Numbered from the whole stretch's first letter, positions 11,535 to 22,268 are shown. The stretch: DNA of 62,870 nt, filler included, from 4 parts of 4 records of this genome joined end to end with filler, not necessarily neighbours in it; one strand, 5' to 3'. Translations and numbers: made by a program. The notes: generated by a model not told the origin, from the sequence alone.

Positions 11535-11775
11535 AGCCTACGGCAACTTTTTTTAAAGTTACATAAAAAAATGTGAATCCTTAATTTAATCAATCTTATC
11601 TCTGCAATTTTCCTTTTCCTTAGAATTGGACCTGTATTTGGGTTGGAAACCTCTAGGGGAGGCCATTTTTTTTTGGGTAGTTGGCACCTAGCTGGTCAAG
11701 GAGTGGTATATAACGAAAGCTTATATTTTGGTTACCTATAATAGGATGATTGACAAGGGATGGGACAGTCATTTA

Positions 11776-11819
11776 AAAAGGCGCCCAAATAGCCTTTAAA
11801 TTTAGCTTTGGACGCCCCT
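11776..11819 (-). terminator. Intrinsic terminator of trpB
   Basis: Minus strand GGCGTCCAAA...TTTGGGCGCC followed by a T run, just after the stop codon. Confidence 0.6.
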
Positions 11820-11837
11820 AAGTGTATATTTTAAAAA

Positions 11838-13052
11838 TTATTTTGCATCTTCAGGTAGCCCGTATGTATCTACCACATAATCCAGGTCCTTATCACCCCT
11901 ACCACTTAAATTGACTAAAATGGAGGATCGTGGATTTTGTTGTGCCAATTTTATGGCATATGCCACAGCATGGGCACTTTCCAGTGCAGGGATAATACCT
12001 TCCAAGCGACTCAATTCATAAAAGGCATCCACGGTTTCCTGGTCGGAAACAACGTCATAGATTACTTTTTTAAGGTCTTTTAGCATACTGTGTTCAGGGC
12101 CAACTCCTGGATAATCCAGACCACTGGCAACGGAATGCACTGCTCCCGGTTCCCCTTTATCGTCCTTCAGCATATAACATTTAAATCCGTGGATGATTCC
12201 TGGGCTGCCCAGGGTCATTGTAGCGGCATGTTCGCCATAATCCATAGAGCGGCCACCCGGTTCTACTCCGTATAAGGTACATTCGGGTTCATCCAAAAAG
12301 GAGGAGAATATCCCCATGGCATTACTTCCCCCGCCAACACAGGCTACTACTTTATCAGGTAATTCTCCCGTCATTTCAAAAAACTGTTCTTTGGCCTCTA
12401 TACCTACTACCCGCTGAAAATCCCGTACCATCATGGGGAAGGGATGTGGTCCAACCACAGAGCCTATACAATATATGGTACTTATAGGGTCCTTTAAATA
12501 TGCCTCAAAGGCAGAATCCACGGCTTCTTTCAAAGTTCTTAAGCCATGGGAAACAGGTACTACTTTTGCCCCAAGAATTTTCATCCGAACTACATTGGGA
12601 TGTTCTTTGGCAATATCGACTTCTCCCATATGTATCTCGCATTCCAATCCAAAATAGGCGGCTGCAGTTGCCAAGGCAACTCCGTGTTGTCCTGCCCCTG
12701 TCTCTGCAATTAGCTTCTTTTTGCCCAAATGTTTTGCCAAAAGCGCCTCACCCATACAATGGTTGAGTTTATGTGCCCCGGTATGGTTCAGGTCCTCACG
12801 TTTAAGATATATTCTTCCTCCGTATTTTTCGGAGAGCCTGTTGCAGTAATATACGGGCGTTGGCCTGCCTTGATAGTGTTTGCGAATACTTCGGAGCTCA
12901 GAAATAAAATTGTGCGATTTGCTTATGGAATAATAAGCGTCCGTAATTTTTTTCATTTCCTCTTCCAAAACCGGCGGGATAAAGGATCCACCGTATTCTT
13001 TAAAAAAACCATTTTCGTCCGGATAGGTCTTAAAATAATTGTCCGTCATCAT
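11838..13052 (-). CDS. trpB: Tryptophan synthase beta chain (stand-alone copy)
   Basis: [13 protein letters not shown] (PLP Lys), [42 protein letters not shown]. Confidence 0.95.
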   Translation of the reverse strand: MMTDNYFKTYPDENGFFKEYGGSFIPPVLEEEMKKITDAYYSISKSHNFISELRSIRKHYQGRPTPVYYCNRLSEKYGGRIYLKREDLNHTGAHKLNHCMGEALLAKHLGKKKLIAETGAGQHGVALATAAAYFGLECEIHMGEVDIAKEHPNVVRMKILGAKVVPVSHGLRTLKEAVDSAFEAYLKDPISTIYCIGSVVGPHPFPMMVRDFQRVVGIEAKEQFFEMTGELPDKVVACVGGGSNAMGIFSSFLDEPECTLYGVEPGGRSMDYGEHAATMTLGSPGIIHGFKCYMLKDDKGEPGAVHSVASGLDYPGVGPEHSMLKDLKKVIYDVVSDQETVDAFYELSRLEGIIPALESAHAVAYAIKLAQQNPRSSILVNLSGRGDKDLDYVVDTYGLPEDAK

Positions 13053-13267
13053 AAGGAGAATATTGTAATTGTTAATAAAGGTTTGTGGCTAATAAAAATG
13101 CCCTTACAATTATAATGAATTTTAAGTGAATACCCCTTTTTAGTTACAGGGAATATGGGTTCTTATGGGCAGGAATATGGTATTTGGCAATTGCCAAAAA
13201 AAGTAGCTATGCCAGAATAAAATTCAGGCTTTAGATATTGAAAAAGACGGGCTCCTAGGGGTTAAAA

Positions 13268-13726
13268 TTACATTTTACTGTTCCTCTTAAGAAAATCCAA
13301 ATACTTTTCTACATCTACTTTGGAACCGTAACCGGAGAGTGAGGCCACTTCTTTTTCTTCGGAGTTGACCAAGCTTATCAATGGAAAAACGCCTTTTTTA
13401 TTCCATTGGGACAATAGGGCCTTGTTCTGTTGCATTTCCTTGGCACTAAGAAGTTCTTTCTTTCTAGGAAGATCCACGTATAATAGCACATAGTCCTTGG
13501 CCACTTCCTTAAATTGACTGGTATCGAAAAGGTCCTTTTTTAAGGCCTTACAGGGCGAGCACCAATCACTACCAGTAAAGTACATAAGAATGTTGGAGTT
13601 GGTTTTTTTTGCCACTACTTGTGCATTGGCGTAATCGGTCAGCCAATCATTTTCCTTGATGTCGTCACTATTATTTTGTGCATTAACAATAAATGGAAAT
13701 AGAAGTAGTAAGAAAAAATTCTTCAT
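13268..13726 (-). CDS. Exported thioredoxin-family protein
   Basis: Signal peptide; FTGSDWCSPC CxxC motif. Confidence 0.88.
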   Translation of the reverse strand: MKNFFLLLLFPFIVNAQNNSDDIKENDWLTDYANAQVVAKKTNSNILMYFTGSDWCSPCKALKKDLFDTSQFKEVAKDYVLLYVDLPRKKELLSAKEMQQNKALLSQWNKKGVFPLISLVNSEEKEVASLSGYGSKVDVEKYLDFLKRNSKM

Positions 13727-13771
13727 TATTACAAGTTTTGATTAAAAAGGCTCTGCTAAACTTACTAAAAT

Positions 13772-14098
13772 TTATTTTAAAAACGAATCCATTCCAGGAA
13801 TGTTGGGCATTCCTTCCTTGGCGACTGCGGCCAATTCGGTCTCATTTATGGTGGTGGCCTTTTCTATAGCCTTGTTAAGGGTGAGGATCAAATAATCTTC
13901 CAGTTGTTCCTTGTCCTGTAAAAGACTATCGTCTATAGCAATGGATTTAATTGTTCTATTGGCCGTTATACTTACCTTCAGCAATTGATCAGGAGATTGC
14001 TCGTCAAGTATTACAGTATTCATTCTTTCTTTGGTGGCCTTTACTTTTTCTTGGGTTTCCTTTAATTTTCCCAACATGCCCATCATATCTCCAAACAT
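13772..14098 (-). CDS. ybaB: YbaB/EbfC nucleoid-associated protein
   Basis: 108 aa, MFGDMMGML..., EQLEDYL...[15 protein letters not shown] promoter element at 14126-14133. Confidence 0.88.
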   Translation of the reverse strand: MFGDMMGMLGKLKETQEKVKATKERMNTVILDEQSPDQLLKVSITANRTIKSIAIDDSLLQDKEQLEDYLILTLNKAIEKATTINETELAAVAKEGMPNIPGMDSFLK

Positions 14099-14292
14099 AA
14101 TTATAGATTTAAAAAATTCTTAAGCCAAAATTACTAAAATGATCGGGATATATTGGAATTTAAGACTACAGTTATTCTTTGGGATACTTTGAGGGGGGGT
14201 GGATAATATTATAATGGATAAACAACACATTTAAACAGGTCGATTGCATTTAAATATTATTTTTGCGCTTTCTTATTAAACATACCACACTC

Positions 14293-16353
14293 ATGCAGCG
14301 GGAATTAAAAACACCAAGTGCTAAAAAGATTGAGAAGCAATTAATAAAGCACAATGATGTAAGGATCGATGATTACTATTGGCTGAACGAAAGGGAAAAT
14401 CCGGAAGTCATTGCTTTTTTGGAACAGGAAAATGCATACTACGAGGCAATGACGGCCCATACCAAGGAGCTTAAGGATAGCTTGTTCACAGAGATGAAGT
14501 CTAGGATAAAGGAAGATGATTCTTCCGTGCCCTATAAGTTTAATGGCTACTGGTATGCTACCAGATATGAGGTAGGAAAGGAGTACCCCATTTTTACCAG
14601 ACGTTTTGAAAAAGAGGATGCCGAAGAGGAAATAATGTTCAACTGCAACCATATGGCAGAGGGTTTGGATTATTTTAACCTAGGAGGCCTGTCCATTAGC
14701 CCCAATAATGAATTGGCGGCCTTTGGGGTGGATACTGTTTCCCGCAGGCAATACACCCTACAAATAAAAAATTTGCACACTCAGGAGATTTATGGGGATA
14801 AAATAGAGAACACTACCGGCAGCGCGGTATGGGCCAATGACAATAAGACCCTGTTCTACACCAAGAAAGATCCTGTTACCCTTAGGTCCAATAATATTTA
14901 CAGGCATATATTGGGAACATCTCCCGAGGAAGATGAACTGGTTTTTCACGAGGATGACGAAACCTTTACCACCTTTGTTTACAAAACCAAATCCAAAGAA
15001 TTTATAGTTATTGGGTCTTCCAGTACATTAACTACTGAATTTCAAATTCTAAGGGCGGATGACCCTAATGGAAAGTTTCATGTGTTTTCCAAAAGAGTTA
15101 GGGGCATGGAGTATTCCCTAACCCATTACGAAGACAATTTTTACATCCTAACCAATATGGAAGGGGCAACCAATTTTAAATTGATGACGACCCCCGAAGA
15201 TAAAACCGAATCTGAAAATTGGGTAGACTTTATTCCGCACAGGGAAGAAGTTTTGCTTGAGGATATTGAAATGTTCAATGAGTACTATGTTTTGTCCGAA
15301 CGCGAGAATGGTTTGAACAAGTTGAAGATTGTGCGATGGGATACCGGGGAAAGCTATTATTTGCCCTTTGACAATGAGACCTATACGGCCTATGTGGGTA
15401 CCAATCCGGATTTTGATACCGAAATTCTAAGATATGGATATAATTCCATGACAACACCCAGTTCCATAATAGATTTCAATATGAGGACAAGGGAAAAGGA
15501 AATAAAAAAGGAACAAGAGGTCTTGGGAGGGAAGTTCCATAAGGAAAACTATATTTCCGAACGAATTTGGGCACCAGCCAGGGATGGTAAAAAAGTTCCT
15601 ATTTCCTTGGTCTATCACAAAAGCACTAAACTGGACGGCAGCAGTCCGTTATTGCAATATGCCTATGGGTCTTATGGGCATACTATAGACCCCTATTTTT
15701 CCACGGTAAGGTTAAGCCTTTTGGACAGAGGTTTTGTTTATGCCATAGCCCATGTTAGGGGCGGGGAATACCTTGGCCGTAAATGGTATGAGGAAGGAAG
15801 ATTGCTGAATAAGATAAATACGTTTACCGATTTTATTGATTGTTCCAAATTTCTGATTGAAAAAAAGTTTACTAGTCCGGAACATCTCTATGCATCCGGA
15901 GGCTCGGCAGGCGGACTTTTAATGGGGGCCATAGTAAATCTATGCCCGGAAATTTATAACGGGGTAATTGCAGCTGTTCCTTTTGTAGATGTGCTTACGA
16001 CCATGTTGGATGATACCATTCCACTGACTACCGGAGAATATGATGAATGGGGCAATCCAAACGAAAAGGAATACTATGACTACATGAAATCGTATTCGCC
16101 ATATGACAATGTAACGCGACAATTGCAGCCAAATATGCTGGTTATTACTGGCTTTCACGATTCCCAAGTGCAATATTTTGAACCTGCCAAATGGGTTGCT
16201 AAACTTAGGGAGTACAAAATGGACAATAATTTATTGTTGTTCAATATTAATATGGATGCAGGTCATGGCGGTGCTTCAGGCCGATTTGAATCCTTAAAGG
16301 AGGTGGCTAAAGAATATGCATTTTTGTTAGATTTAGAGCATAAAATTCGATAA
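14293..16353 (+). CDS. ptrB: Oligopeptidase B (protease II, S9A)
   Basis: DDYYWL, HVRGG, GGSAGGLL nucleophile, HDSQV, AGHGGASGR; ATG at 14293 follows the TATTTTTG element (14258-14265). Confidence 0.94.
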   Translation: MQRELKTPSAKKIEKQLIKHNDVRIDDYYWLNERENPEVIAFLEQENAYYEAMTAHTKELKDSLFTEMKSRIKEDDSSVPYKFNGYWYATRYEVGKEYPIFTRRFEKEDAEEEIMFNCNHMAEGLDYFNLGGLSISPNNELAAFGVDTVSRRQYTLQIKNLHTQEIYGDKIENTTGSAVWANDNKTLFYTKKDPVTLRSNNIYRHILGTSPEEDELVFHEDDETFTTFVYKTKSKEFIVIGSSSTLTTEFQILRADDPNGKFHVFSKRVRGMEYSLTHYEDNFYILTNMEGATNFKLMTTPEDKTESENWVDFIPHREEVLLEDIEMFNEYYVLSERENGLNKLKIVRWDTGESYYLPFDNETYTAYVGTNPDFDTEILRYGYNSMTTPSSIIDFNMRTREKEIKKEQEVLGGKFHKENYISERIWAPARDGKKVPISLVYHKSTKLDGSSPLLQYAYGSYGHTIDPYFSTVRLSLLDRGFVYAIAHVRGGEYLGRKWYEEGRLLNKINTFTDFIDCSKFLIEKKFTSPEHLYASGGSAGGLLMGAIVNLCPEIYNGVIAAVPFVDVLTTMLDDTIPLTTGEYDEWGNPNEKEYYDYMKSYSPYDNVTRQLQPNMLVITGFHDSQVQYFEPAKWVAKLREYKMDNNLLLFNINMDAGHGGASGRFESLKEVAKEYAFLLDLEHKIR

Positions 16354-16435
16354 TCAAAAAAAAAGAGTAATTTTGTCCTATCAGTATTGACATAAATTAA
16401 AAGATGTCAATAAGTTCTAAACCTAGAAACTGTTT

Positions 16436-17476
16436 ATGGAACATAAGATAAACGCTTATAACAACCTCCTAGAACTTGTAGGAAACACCCCTTTAATCAA
16501 ACTAAATAAAATAGCTGCCAACTTAGAAGGTAATTTTTATGCTAAGGTGGAAGGTTTTAATCCAGGACATTCTTCAAAAGATCGTATTGCCCTTTATATT
16601 ATTGAAGAGGCGGAGCGAAGGGGAATTTTAAAGAAGGGGAGTACCATTATAGAAACCACTTCGGGGAATACGGGTTTTAGCATTGCCATGATCAGTATCA
16701 TTAAAGGTTACGAATGCATCTTGGCGGTAAGTTCAAAATCTTCCAAGGATAAAATAGACATGCTGAGGTCTATGGGGGCAAAGGTTTATGTATGCCCTGC
16801 ACACGTTAGCGCAGATGATCCAAGGTCTTATTACGAAGTAGCCAAAAGATTGCACGAGGAAACCGAGGGATCCATATATATCAATCAATATTTCAATGAT
16901 CTAAATTCCGAGGCCCATTACAAAAGTACGGGACCGGAAATTTGGAATCAGACCAACGGACATATTACTCATTTAGTAGCCTGTAGTGGCACGGGAGGTA
17001 CTATTTCCGGTACCGCTAAGTATCTGAAGGAACAAAATCCGAATATACGTGTTATAGGAGTGGATGCATATGGTTCCGTTCTTAAGAAATACCATGAAAC
17101 CGGTGAATTGGATACCAAGGAAATTTATCCGTACCGTATTGAAGGTTTGGGTAAAAACTTGATACCTACGGCCACCAACTTCAAGGTAATTGACGAATTT
17201 ATTAAGGTTACCGATGAAGAAAGTGCCCATACCGCTAGGGAGATATCCAGAACAGAAGGCCTTTTTGTAGGATACACAAGTGGCGCGGTAATGCAGGCCG
17301 TAAGGCAACTGGAGGAAATGGGCGAGTTTAATGAAGATAGCAATGTAGTGGTTATTTTTCCGGACCATGGTTCCAGGTATATGAGTAAAATATACAGTGA
17401 CCAGTGGATGGCCGACCAGGGATTCTTTGATAGTAAGAATGTTGAAGAACCACAAAAAATAGAATTTGTAAAGTAA
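16436..17476 (+). CDS. capA: CBS/cysteine-synthase-family PLP enzyme; probable cysteate synthase (CapA-like)
   Basis: [30 protein letters not shown]; no heme or CBS regulatory domains; directly upstream of the CapB-like gene. Family is secure, the specific function is inferred from context. Confidence 0.7.
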   Translation: MEHKINAYNNLLELVGNTPLIKLNKIAANLEGNFYAKVEGFNPGHSSKDRIALYIIEEAERRGILKKGSTIIETTSGNTGFSIAMISIIKGYECILAVSSKSSKDKIDMLRSMGAKVYVCPAHVSADDPRSYYEVAKRLHEETEGSIYINQYFNDLNSEAHYKSTGPEIWNQTNGHITHLVACSGTGGTISGTAKYLKEQNPNIRVIGVDAYGSVLKKYHETGELDTKEIYPYRIEGLGKNLIPTATNFKVIDEFIKVTDEESAHTAREISRTEGLFVGYTSGAVMQAVRQLEEMGEFNEDSNVVVIFPDHGSRYMSKIYSDQWMADQGFFDSKNVEEPQKIEFVK

Positions 17477-17498
17477 GGGTTATGCAAAATTTATGATT

Positions 17499-17532
17499 TA
17501 AAAAGCAACGGTTCATAAGTCGTTGCTTTTTA
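17499..17532. terminator. Intrinsic terminator between capA-like and capB-like genes
   Basis: AAAAGCAACG-N10-CGTTGCTTTT inverted repeat. Confidence 0.75.
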
Positions 17533-17544
17533 TGTATTAAATAA

Positions 17545-17577
17545 GTTGCATATGCGTATTAAAAATATATACTTTTG
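17545..17577 (+). promoter_or_regulatory. Bacteroidota promoter for the capB-like gene
   Basis: TTG (17546-48), 21-nt spacer, TACTTTTG (17570-77). Confidence 0.6.
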
Positions 17578-17600
17578 CACTAATAATCAACGTAGTCTAG

Positions 17601-18860
17601 ATGAGAGATTTATTTGACAGAATTATTGAGAATAAAGGTCCTTTAGGAAAATGGGCCTCACAAGCCGAGGGATATTTTGTATTTCCTAAATTGGAAGGTC
17701 CTATATCTAACAGGATGAAGTTTCAAGGAAAGGAAGTAATCACTTGGAGTATTAATGATTACTTGGGATTGGCCAATTTACCGGAAGTAAAGAAGGTAGA
17801 TGGCGAGGCAGCATTGGAATACGGTGCCGCTTTTCCTATGGGAGCAAGAATGATGAGTGGGCATACCGAATTCCACGAGCAATTGGAGCAGGAATTGGCT
17901 GCATTTGTTAAAAAAGAATCTGCTTATTTGTTGAACTTTGGGTACCAAGGGATGGTTTCTGCCATTGACGCTTTGGTTTCCAAGGATGATATTATTGTTT
18001 ACGATGTTGATGCACATGCCTGTATTATAGATGGCGTACGTTTGCATATGGGTAAGCGTTTTACCTTTAAGCACAATGACATTGAAAGTCTTGAGAAAAA
18101 CTTGGATCGGGCCGTTAAAATGGCAGAACAGACCGGAGGAGGTATTTTGGTAATATCCGAAGGTGTTTTTGGAATGCGCGGGGAACAGGGCAAGCTCAAG
18201 GAAATTGTTGCGCTTAAGAAAAAATATAAATTTAGATTATTCGTAGATGACGCGCATGGTTTTGGAACCTTGGGTGAAACCGGGGCAGGAGCAGGTGAGG
18301 AGCAGGGAATTCAGGATGATATAGATGTTTACTTTGCAACTTTTGCCAAATCTATGGCCGGAATCGGAGCTTTTTTGGCTGCGGACAAAGAGATCATAGA
18401 ATACCTTAAATACAACTTGCGATCTCAAATGTTCGCTAAATCATTACCAATGATTTATGTGAAAGGAGCACTTAAAAGGTTGGATATGCTACGCACCCAA
18501 CCAGAACTTAAGGCCAAACTTTGGGAGAATGTTAATGCATTGCAGAACGGACTAAAGGAAAGAGGTTTTGATATAGGTACTACCACTAGCTGTGTTACAC
18601 CGGTATATCTTAACGGTAGTATTCCAGAAGCCATGGCATTGGTAAAGGATTTAAGGGAGAATTTTGGTATTTTCTGTTCCATTGTAGTGTATCCGGTAAT
18701 TCCTAAGGGCCTGATTCTTTTAAGAATGATTCCAACGGCCACACATACCTTACAGGATGTATCCGAAACCTTGGAGGCCTTCTCTGTAATACGTGAGCGA
18801 TTACAGAATGGTACTTACAAAAGGTTGTCTGCGGCGGTAGCGGCAGCGATGGGAGAATAG
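17601..18860 (+). CDS. capB: Alpha-oxoamine synthase family; probable cysteate-fatty acyl-ACP/CoA transferase (CapB/SulA-like)
   Basis: NDYLGL, GARMMSG, H.CIIDG, FKHND, EGVFGMRG, DDAHGFG, TFAKS. The N-terminal GPLGKW...EGYFVFPKLEG resembles my recollection of Bacteroidota sulfonolipid acyltransferases more than SPT or BioF. Confidence 0.75.
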   Translation: MRDLFDRIIENKGPLGKWASQAEGYFVFPKLEGPISNRMKFQGKEVITWSINDYLGLANLPEVKKVDGEAALEYGAAFPMGARMMSGHTEFHEQLEQELAAFVKKESAYLLNFGYQGMVSAIDALVSKDDIIVYDVDAHACIIDGVRLHMGKRFTFKHNDIESLEKNLDRAVKMAEQTGGGILVISEGVFGMRGEQGKLKEIVALKKKYKFRLFVDDAHGFGTLGETGAGAGEEQGIQDDIDVYFATFAKSMAGIGAFLAADKEIIEYLKYNLRSQMFAKSLPMIYVKGALKRLDMLRTQPELKAKLWENVNALQNGLKERGFDIGTTTSCVTPVYLNGSIPEAMALVKDLRENFGIFCSIVVYPVIPKGLILLRMIPTATHTLQDVSETLEAFSVIRERLQNGTYKRLSAAVAAAMGE

Positions 18861-18881
18861 AACTATTTCAACTTACATAAG

Positions 18882-18916
18882 AAAAGCCAACTTAAATATT
18901 TAGGTTGGCTTTTTTT
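18882..18916. terminator. Bidirectional intrinsic terminator
   Basis: AAAAGCCAAC...GTTGGCTTTT between convergent genes. Confidence 0.8.
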
Positions 18917-18956
18917 AATTTTGGACGTTTTTTGAAATTTGGCCCATTGGGTCCGT

Positions 18957-20075
18957 TTAAAGTTCCTTTTTGTATGTCCTTCTTCTCTTGTATATTTTTG
19001 GGTCGAAATGTTTCCATAATTGGCGAATGGCCACGTTTTCCTCCAATTCCGGTGTCCTAACACATTTTTCTATTCCCTTGGCCTTAAAAGTCTTGTAATA
19101 CTCATTGAACATTACTGCTGTAACACCTTTATTCTGGTATTCCGGAAGTACCCCTATTAAATAAAATATAACCTCTTTGCTGTTCTTTTTCGCGCTGAGC
19201 AAATGAAATATGCCGAATGGGAATAATTTTCCCTTCGCTTTTTGCAAGGCCTTGGAAAATGAAGGCATTACTATTCCGAAAGCTATCAATTTGTCATCCT
19301 TATCCAATATAAATTTGATATACTCGGGATTGATAAAACTGATATATTTTTTCTTGAAATAATCCTTTTGAATATCGGTGATACGGACAAAAGAAGAGAG
19401 GGAGGAATAGGTCTCGTTAAAAAGGTCGAACATCTGATCTACCCAGGGCATTACTTCCTTGGTTTTAGTAAAGTTCAATTCCTTTACGCCATATCTTTTT
19501 CGGACCAGTTCGTTTGCCTTTTGAAAGAATTTGGGCTCTGCATTGCTAAAGGGGAATTTATTTTCCATGTATTCCTTTTCCTTTACAAACCCACAGCGTT
19601 CAAAATGATCAACATAGTAAGGATGGTTGTACCAGGTAATCATGGTGCCTATCTCATCAAACCCTTCGGTTAGGACACCTACTTTGTCCAAATTGGAAAA
19701 ACCTACAGGCCCTTCCATAAAGGACAACTTGTGTTCCTTTCCTATTTCGGACACCTTATTGAGCAGCGCCTCTGTAACTTCATAGTCATCCACAAAATCG
19801 AACCAACCAAAACGCATCTTTTTTACCTGCTGTTGATCCACTTCCAATCTATTGATAATGGCTACGACCCTACCTACAATTTTATTGTCCCTATAGGCCA
19901 GATAAAACCAGGCATCGGCATCCTTAAAAACAGGATTTTTACTTTTGTCAAAAGACTCCAGCTCGTCATTTATGATAGGAGGGACCCAGTAGGGGGAGCC
20001 CTTGTAAAGTGTAAAAGGAAATTTAACGAAATCCTTAAGTTCCGATTTTGTTTTTGCTTCTTTTAGAGTAACCAT
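18957..20075 (-). CDS. YghO-like GNAT-fold protein (family of bacterial ceramide synthase; often mis-annotated GTP cyclohydrolase or dATP pyrophosphohydrolase)
   Basis: FVKFPF.LY...PYWVPP, GRVVAIIN, RFGWFDF.DD, GP.GF, YN.PYY, and a C-terminal acyl-CoA motif LIGVLPEYQNKGV. Confidence 0.75.
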   Translation of the reverse strand: MVTLKEAKTKSELKDFVKFPFTLYKGSPYWVPPIINDELESFDKSKNPVFKDADAWFYLAYRDNKIVGRVVAIINRLEVDQQQVKKMRFGWFDFVDDYEVTEALLNKVSEIGKEHKLSFMEGPVGFSNLDKVGVLTEGFDEIGTMITWYNHPYYVDHFERCGFVKEKEYMENKFPFSNAEPKFFQKANELVRKRYGVKELNFTKTKEVMPWVDQMFDLFNETYSSLSSFVRITDIQKDYFKKKYISFINPEYIKFILDKDDKLIAFGIVMPSFSKALQKAKGKLFPFGIFHLLSAKKNSKEVIFYLIGVLPEYQNKGVTAVMFNEYYKTFKAKGIEKCVRTPELEENVAIRQLWKHFDPKIYKRRRTYKKEL

Positions 20076-20143
20076 ACCATGTTTCTTGTATGGTTCAATA
20101 TTAGCAATATTAATCTATAGGAAAAAGGACAAAAGTTATTTTG

Positions 20144-21220
20144 TTAGAAATCAATTTCAGAATCGTCCCTATTCTTTTCCTTTTTCTTTAGTTTCCGTAG
20201 TTGTTTTTTGGTAGGCCCCAAATCGATATCCTCTGCACCGGTACCTTTATTTTTTCCTTTTTTCTTTTTCTTCATGGCGTTCTTGTTGATGGGGCCGCCA
20301 TTTTCTCCCGCCTTTTGATCTTCAATGGCCTTCACCTTGTCCCTGTGCATATCTACCCTATAGGAGAATCCCATTGTGGCAAAGATCCTGCTGGGCGTAT
20401 TTTTAAAACTGGCGCCCAAGTTCATATCCACCTGCATATTTTCACCCAATAAATGTGCTACGCCTCCTCTAAGGAGCGCGTCCGAGTACCGATCACTTTT
20501 TATTCCTTGGTTTTCCACAAAGACACTCCATTTGGGATCTCTAAAGGCATGGGATAAGGATACCGTGTAGTTCCACTCAGGGAAATCAGTGCCCAATCTG
20601 TCATAGGCAATATTGGAAATAAGTACAAATCGGGGAGTAAGCCTGCTTTGGGTAGCAACCATTACCCTCGGGGAGACTGTGGGGTCGCCACGGTAAAAGG
20701 GATTGTCGCCCAATACAAAATTGGCACCTGCGTAGACCGATACTGCAGGGATTAGGTTTTTTAGCTTAAAACCATAGTTGGCCTTCCAGCTGTAAAGATT
20801 GGGTTTATTATTTTCGGGATTCTTAAAAGGATCGTAAACTAAAAATTTTAAACCTATTCTGTTTCTGGAAAAATCGGTGTTCTTAATTTCTACCCCTGTG
20901 TTGGTATATGTTTTATTTTGATTGTCGAAAGTGCCTTCATAATTCAGTTCCAAGGTTTCGAAAAGAAGGCCGTAACGCAATGACAGATCAGCTCCTAAAA
21001 TATTCGATTCGGTAGCTAACCTAGTGTGGTCCTGTTGTTCATAGCCAATGCCAAATTCGGCCTGTAAAACATTTGTACCTATAGCATAAGCGCTTACGGA
21101 AAGTCCAGGTCTGTTGGAGTTGATGACATCGGTGTACTGTGAAAAAGCGACCAATGGAATGGTGAAAATTCCAAATATTAGTATTTTCATAAGGCGTTTC
21201 TTGGAAACATTATACTCCAT
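20144..21220 (-). CDS. Outer-membrane beta-barrel 'transporter' (PF13557/COG4313-like)
   Basis: Signal peptide, INSNRPG.S.S......LQ.E.G motif, alternating beta-strand pattern; Lys-rich tail. Start may be 21190. Confidence 0.7.
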   Translation of the reverse strand: MEYNVSKKRLMKILIFGIFTIPLVAFSQYTDVINSNRPGLSVSAYAIGTNVLQAEFGIGYEQQDHTRLATESNILGADLSLRYGLLFETLELNYEGTFDNQNKTYTNTGVEIKNTDFSRNRIGLKFLVYDPFKNPENNKPNLYSWKANYGFKLKNLIPAVSVYAGANFVLGDNPFYRGDPTVSPRVMVATQSRLTPRFVLISNIAYDRLGTDFPEWNYTVSLSHAFRDPKWSVFVENQGIKSDRYSDALLRGGVAHLLGENMQVDMNLGASFKNTPSRIFATMGFSYRVDMHRDKVKAIEDQKAGENGGPINKNAMKKKKKGKNKGTGAEDIDLGPTKKQLRKLKKKEKNRDDSEIDF

Positions 21221-21308
21221 AGGTACTATTTTATTATTATTTTAAGACTTTTGCACTATTAATACAACGTTAGAATTGTACTTTTGATATAAAATTTGTC
21301 AACTAATT

Positions 21309-21566
21309 ATGGGTTTTTTAAAAACGATACTAATTGTACTCTTAGTATACTATTTGCTTAAAATTCTGGCGAAATGGTTTGCTCCTAAACTGTTTAGGTA
21401 TGCCGCAAAAAAGACCGAGGAACATTTTAAGGAACAGTTTGAAGGTTTTGCAGGTCAGCAACCACAGGAGGAAGAGCAAATTGGCGACGTTATAATTGAT
21501 AAAAAAACGACCAAGAAAAAGAACAGCTCAAAAAATGTTGGAGAATACATAGATTTTGAGGAAATT
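21309..21566 (+). CDS. DUF4834-like small membrane protein, truncated at contig end
   Basis: N-terminal TM helix, C-terminal GEYIDFEEI; TACTTTTG element at 21279-21286. Confidence 0.75.
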
Positions 21567-21666
21567 NNNNNNNNNNNNNNNNNNNNNNNNNNNNNNNNNN
21601 NNNNNNNNNNTTAATTAATTAANNNNNNNNNNNNNNNNNNNNNNNNNNNNNNNNNNNNNNNNNNNN
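21567..21666. other. Artificial contig spacer
   Basis: Same N44-TTAATTAATTAA-N44 linker. Confidence 0.99.
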
Positions 21667-22128
21667 TTTGGTGGCCTGACGCTGGGCGTCGTTGAAGTAG
21701 GCCGGAACGGTGATGACCGCCTGGGTTACTTCTTCGCTCAGGTAGCTCTCGGCGGTTTCTTTCATCTTGCCGAGGATGAAAGCGGAAATCTGGGAGGGAG
21801 AATAGGTCTCGGTCTTGGCTTCTACCCACGCATCACCATTGCCACCGTCAACGACGGCGAACGGCAGGTTTTTCTTGTCCTTGGCAAGGTCGCTATCGTC
21901 GAACCGACGACCGACGAGGCGCTTCACACCAAAAATGGTGTTGTCCGGATTGGTCACAGCCTGGCGTTTTGCCGGCTGGCCAACAAGGCGCTCTTCATCG
22001 GTGAAGGCGACGATGGAGGGGGTGGTGCGCGCACCTTCGGCGTTTTCAATCACGCGGGGCTGAGACCCATCCATGATGGCAACGCAGGAGTTGGTGGTAC
22101 CGAGGTCGATCCCGATCACTTTGCTCAT
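21667..22128 (-). CDS. dnaK: Chaperone DnaK, 5' part
   Basis: [35 protein letters not shown]. Confidence 0.98.
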
Positions 22129-22240
22129 TGTGTTTGATCCCTTTTACTTCACAAGGCGATTACCCGAAGCCGAAACCCGTTTTGGCATTCCGGCCCCGAT
22201 TCAGTTGCGGTAAGGTCTGCACCCGACCGCTTCTCGGCGT

Positions 22241-22268
22241 ATATAGGGAGCGAAAATCACCCCTGCAA
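22241..22268 (-). promoter_or_regulatory. RpoH (sigma32)-type promoter of dnaK
   Basis: Minus strand TTG-N18-CCTATAT, matching alphaproteobacterial heat-shock promoters. Confidence 0.7.
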
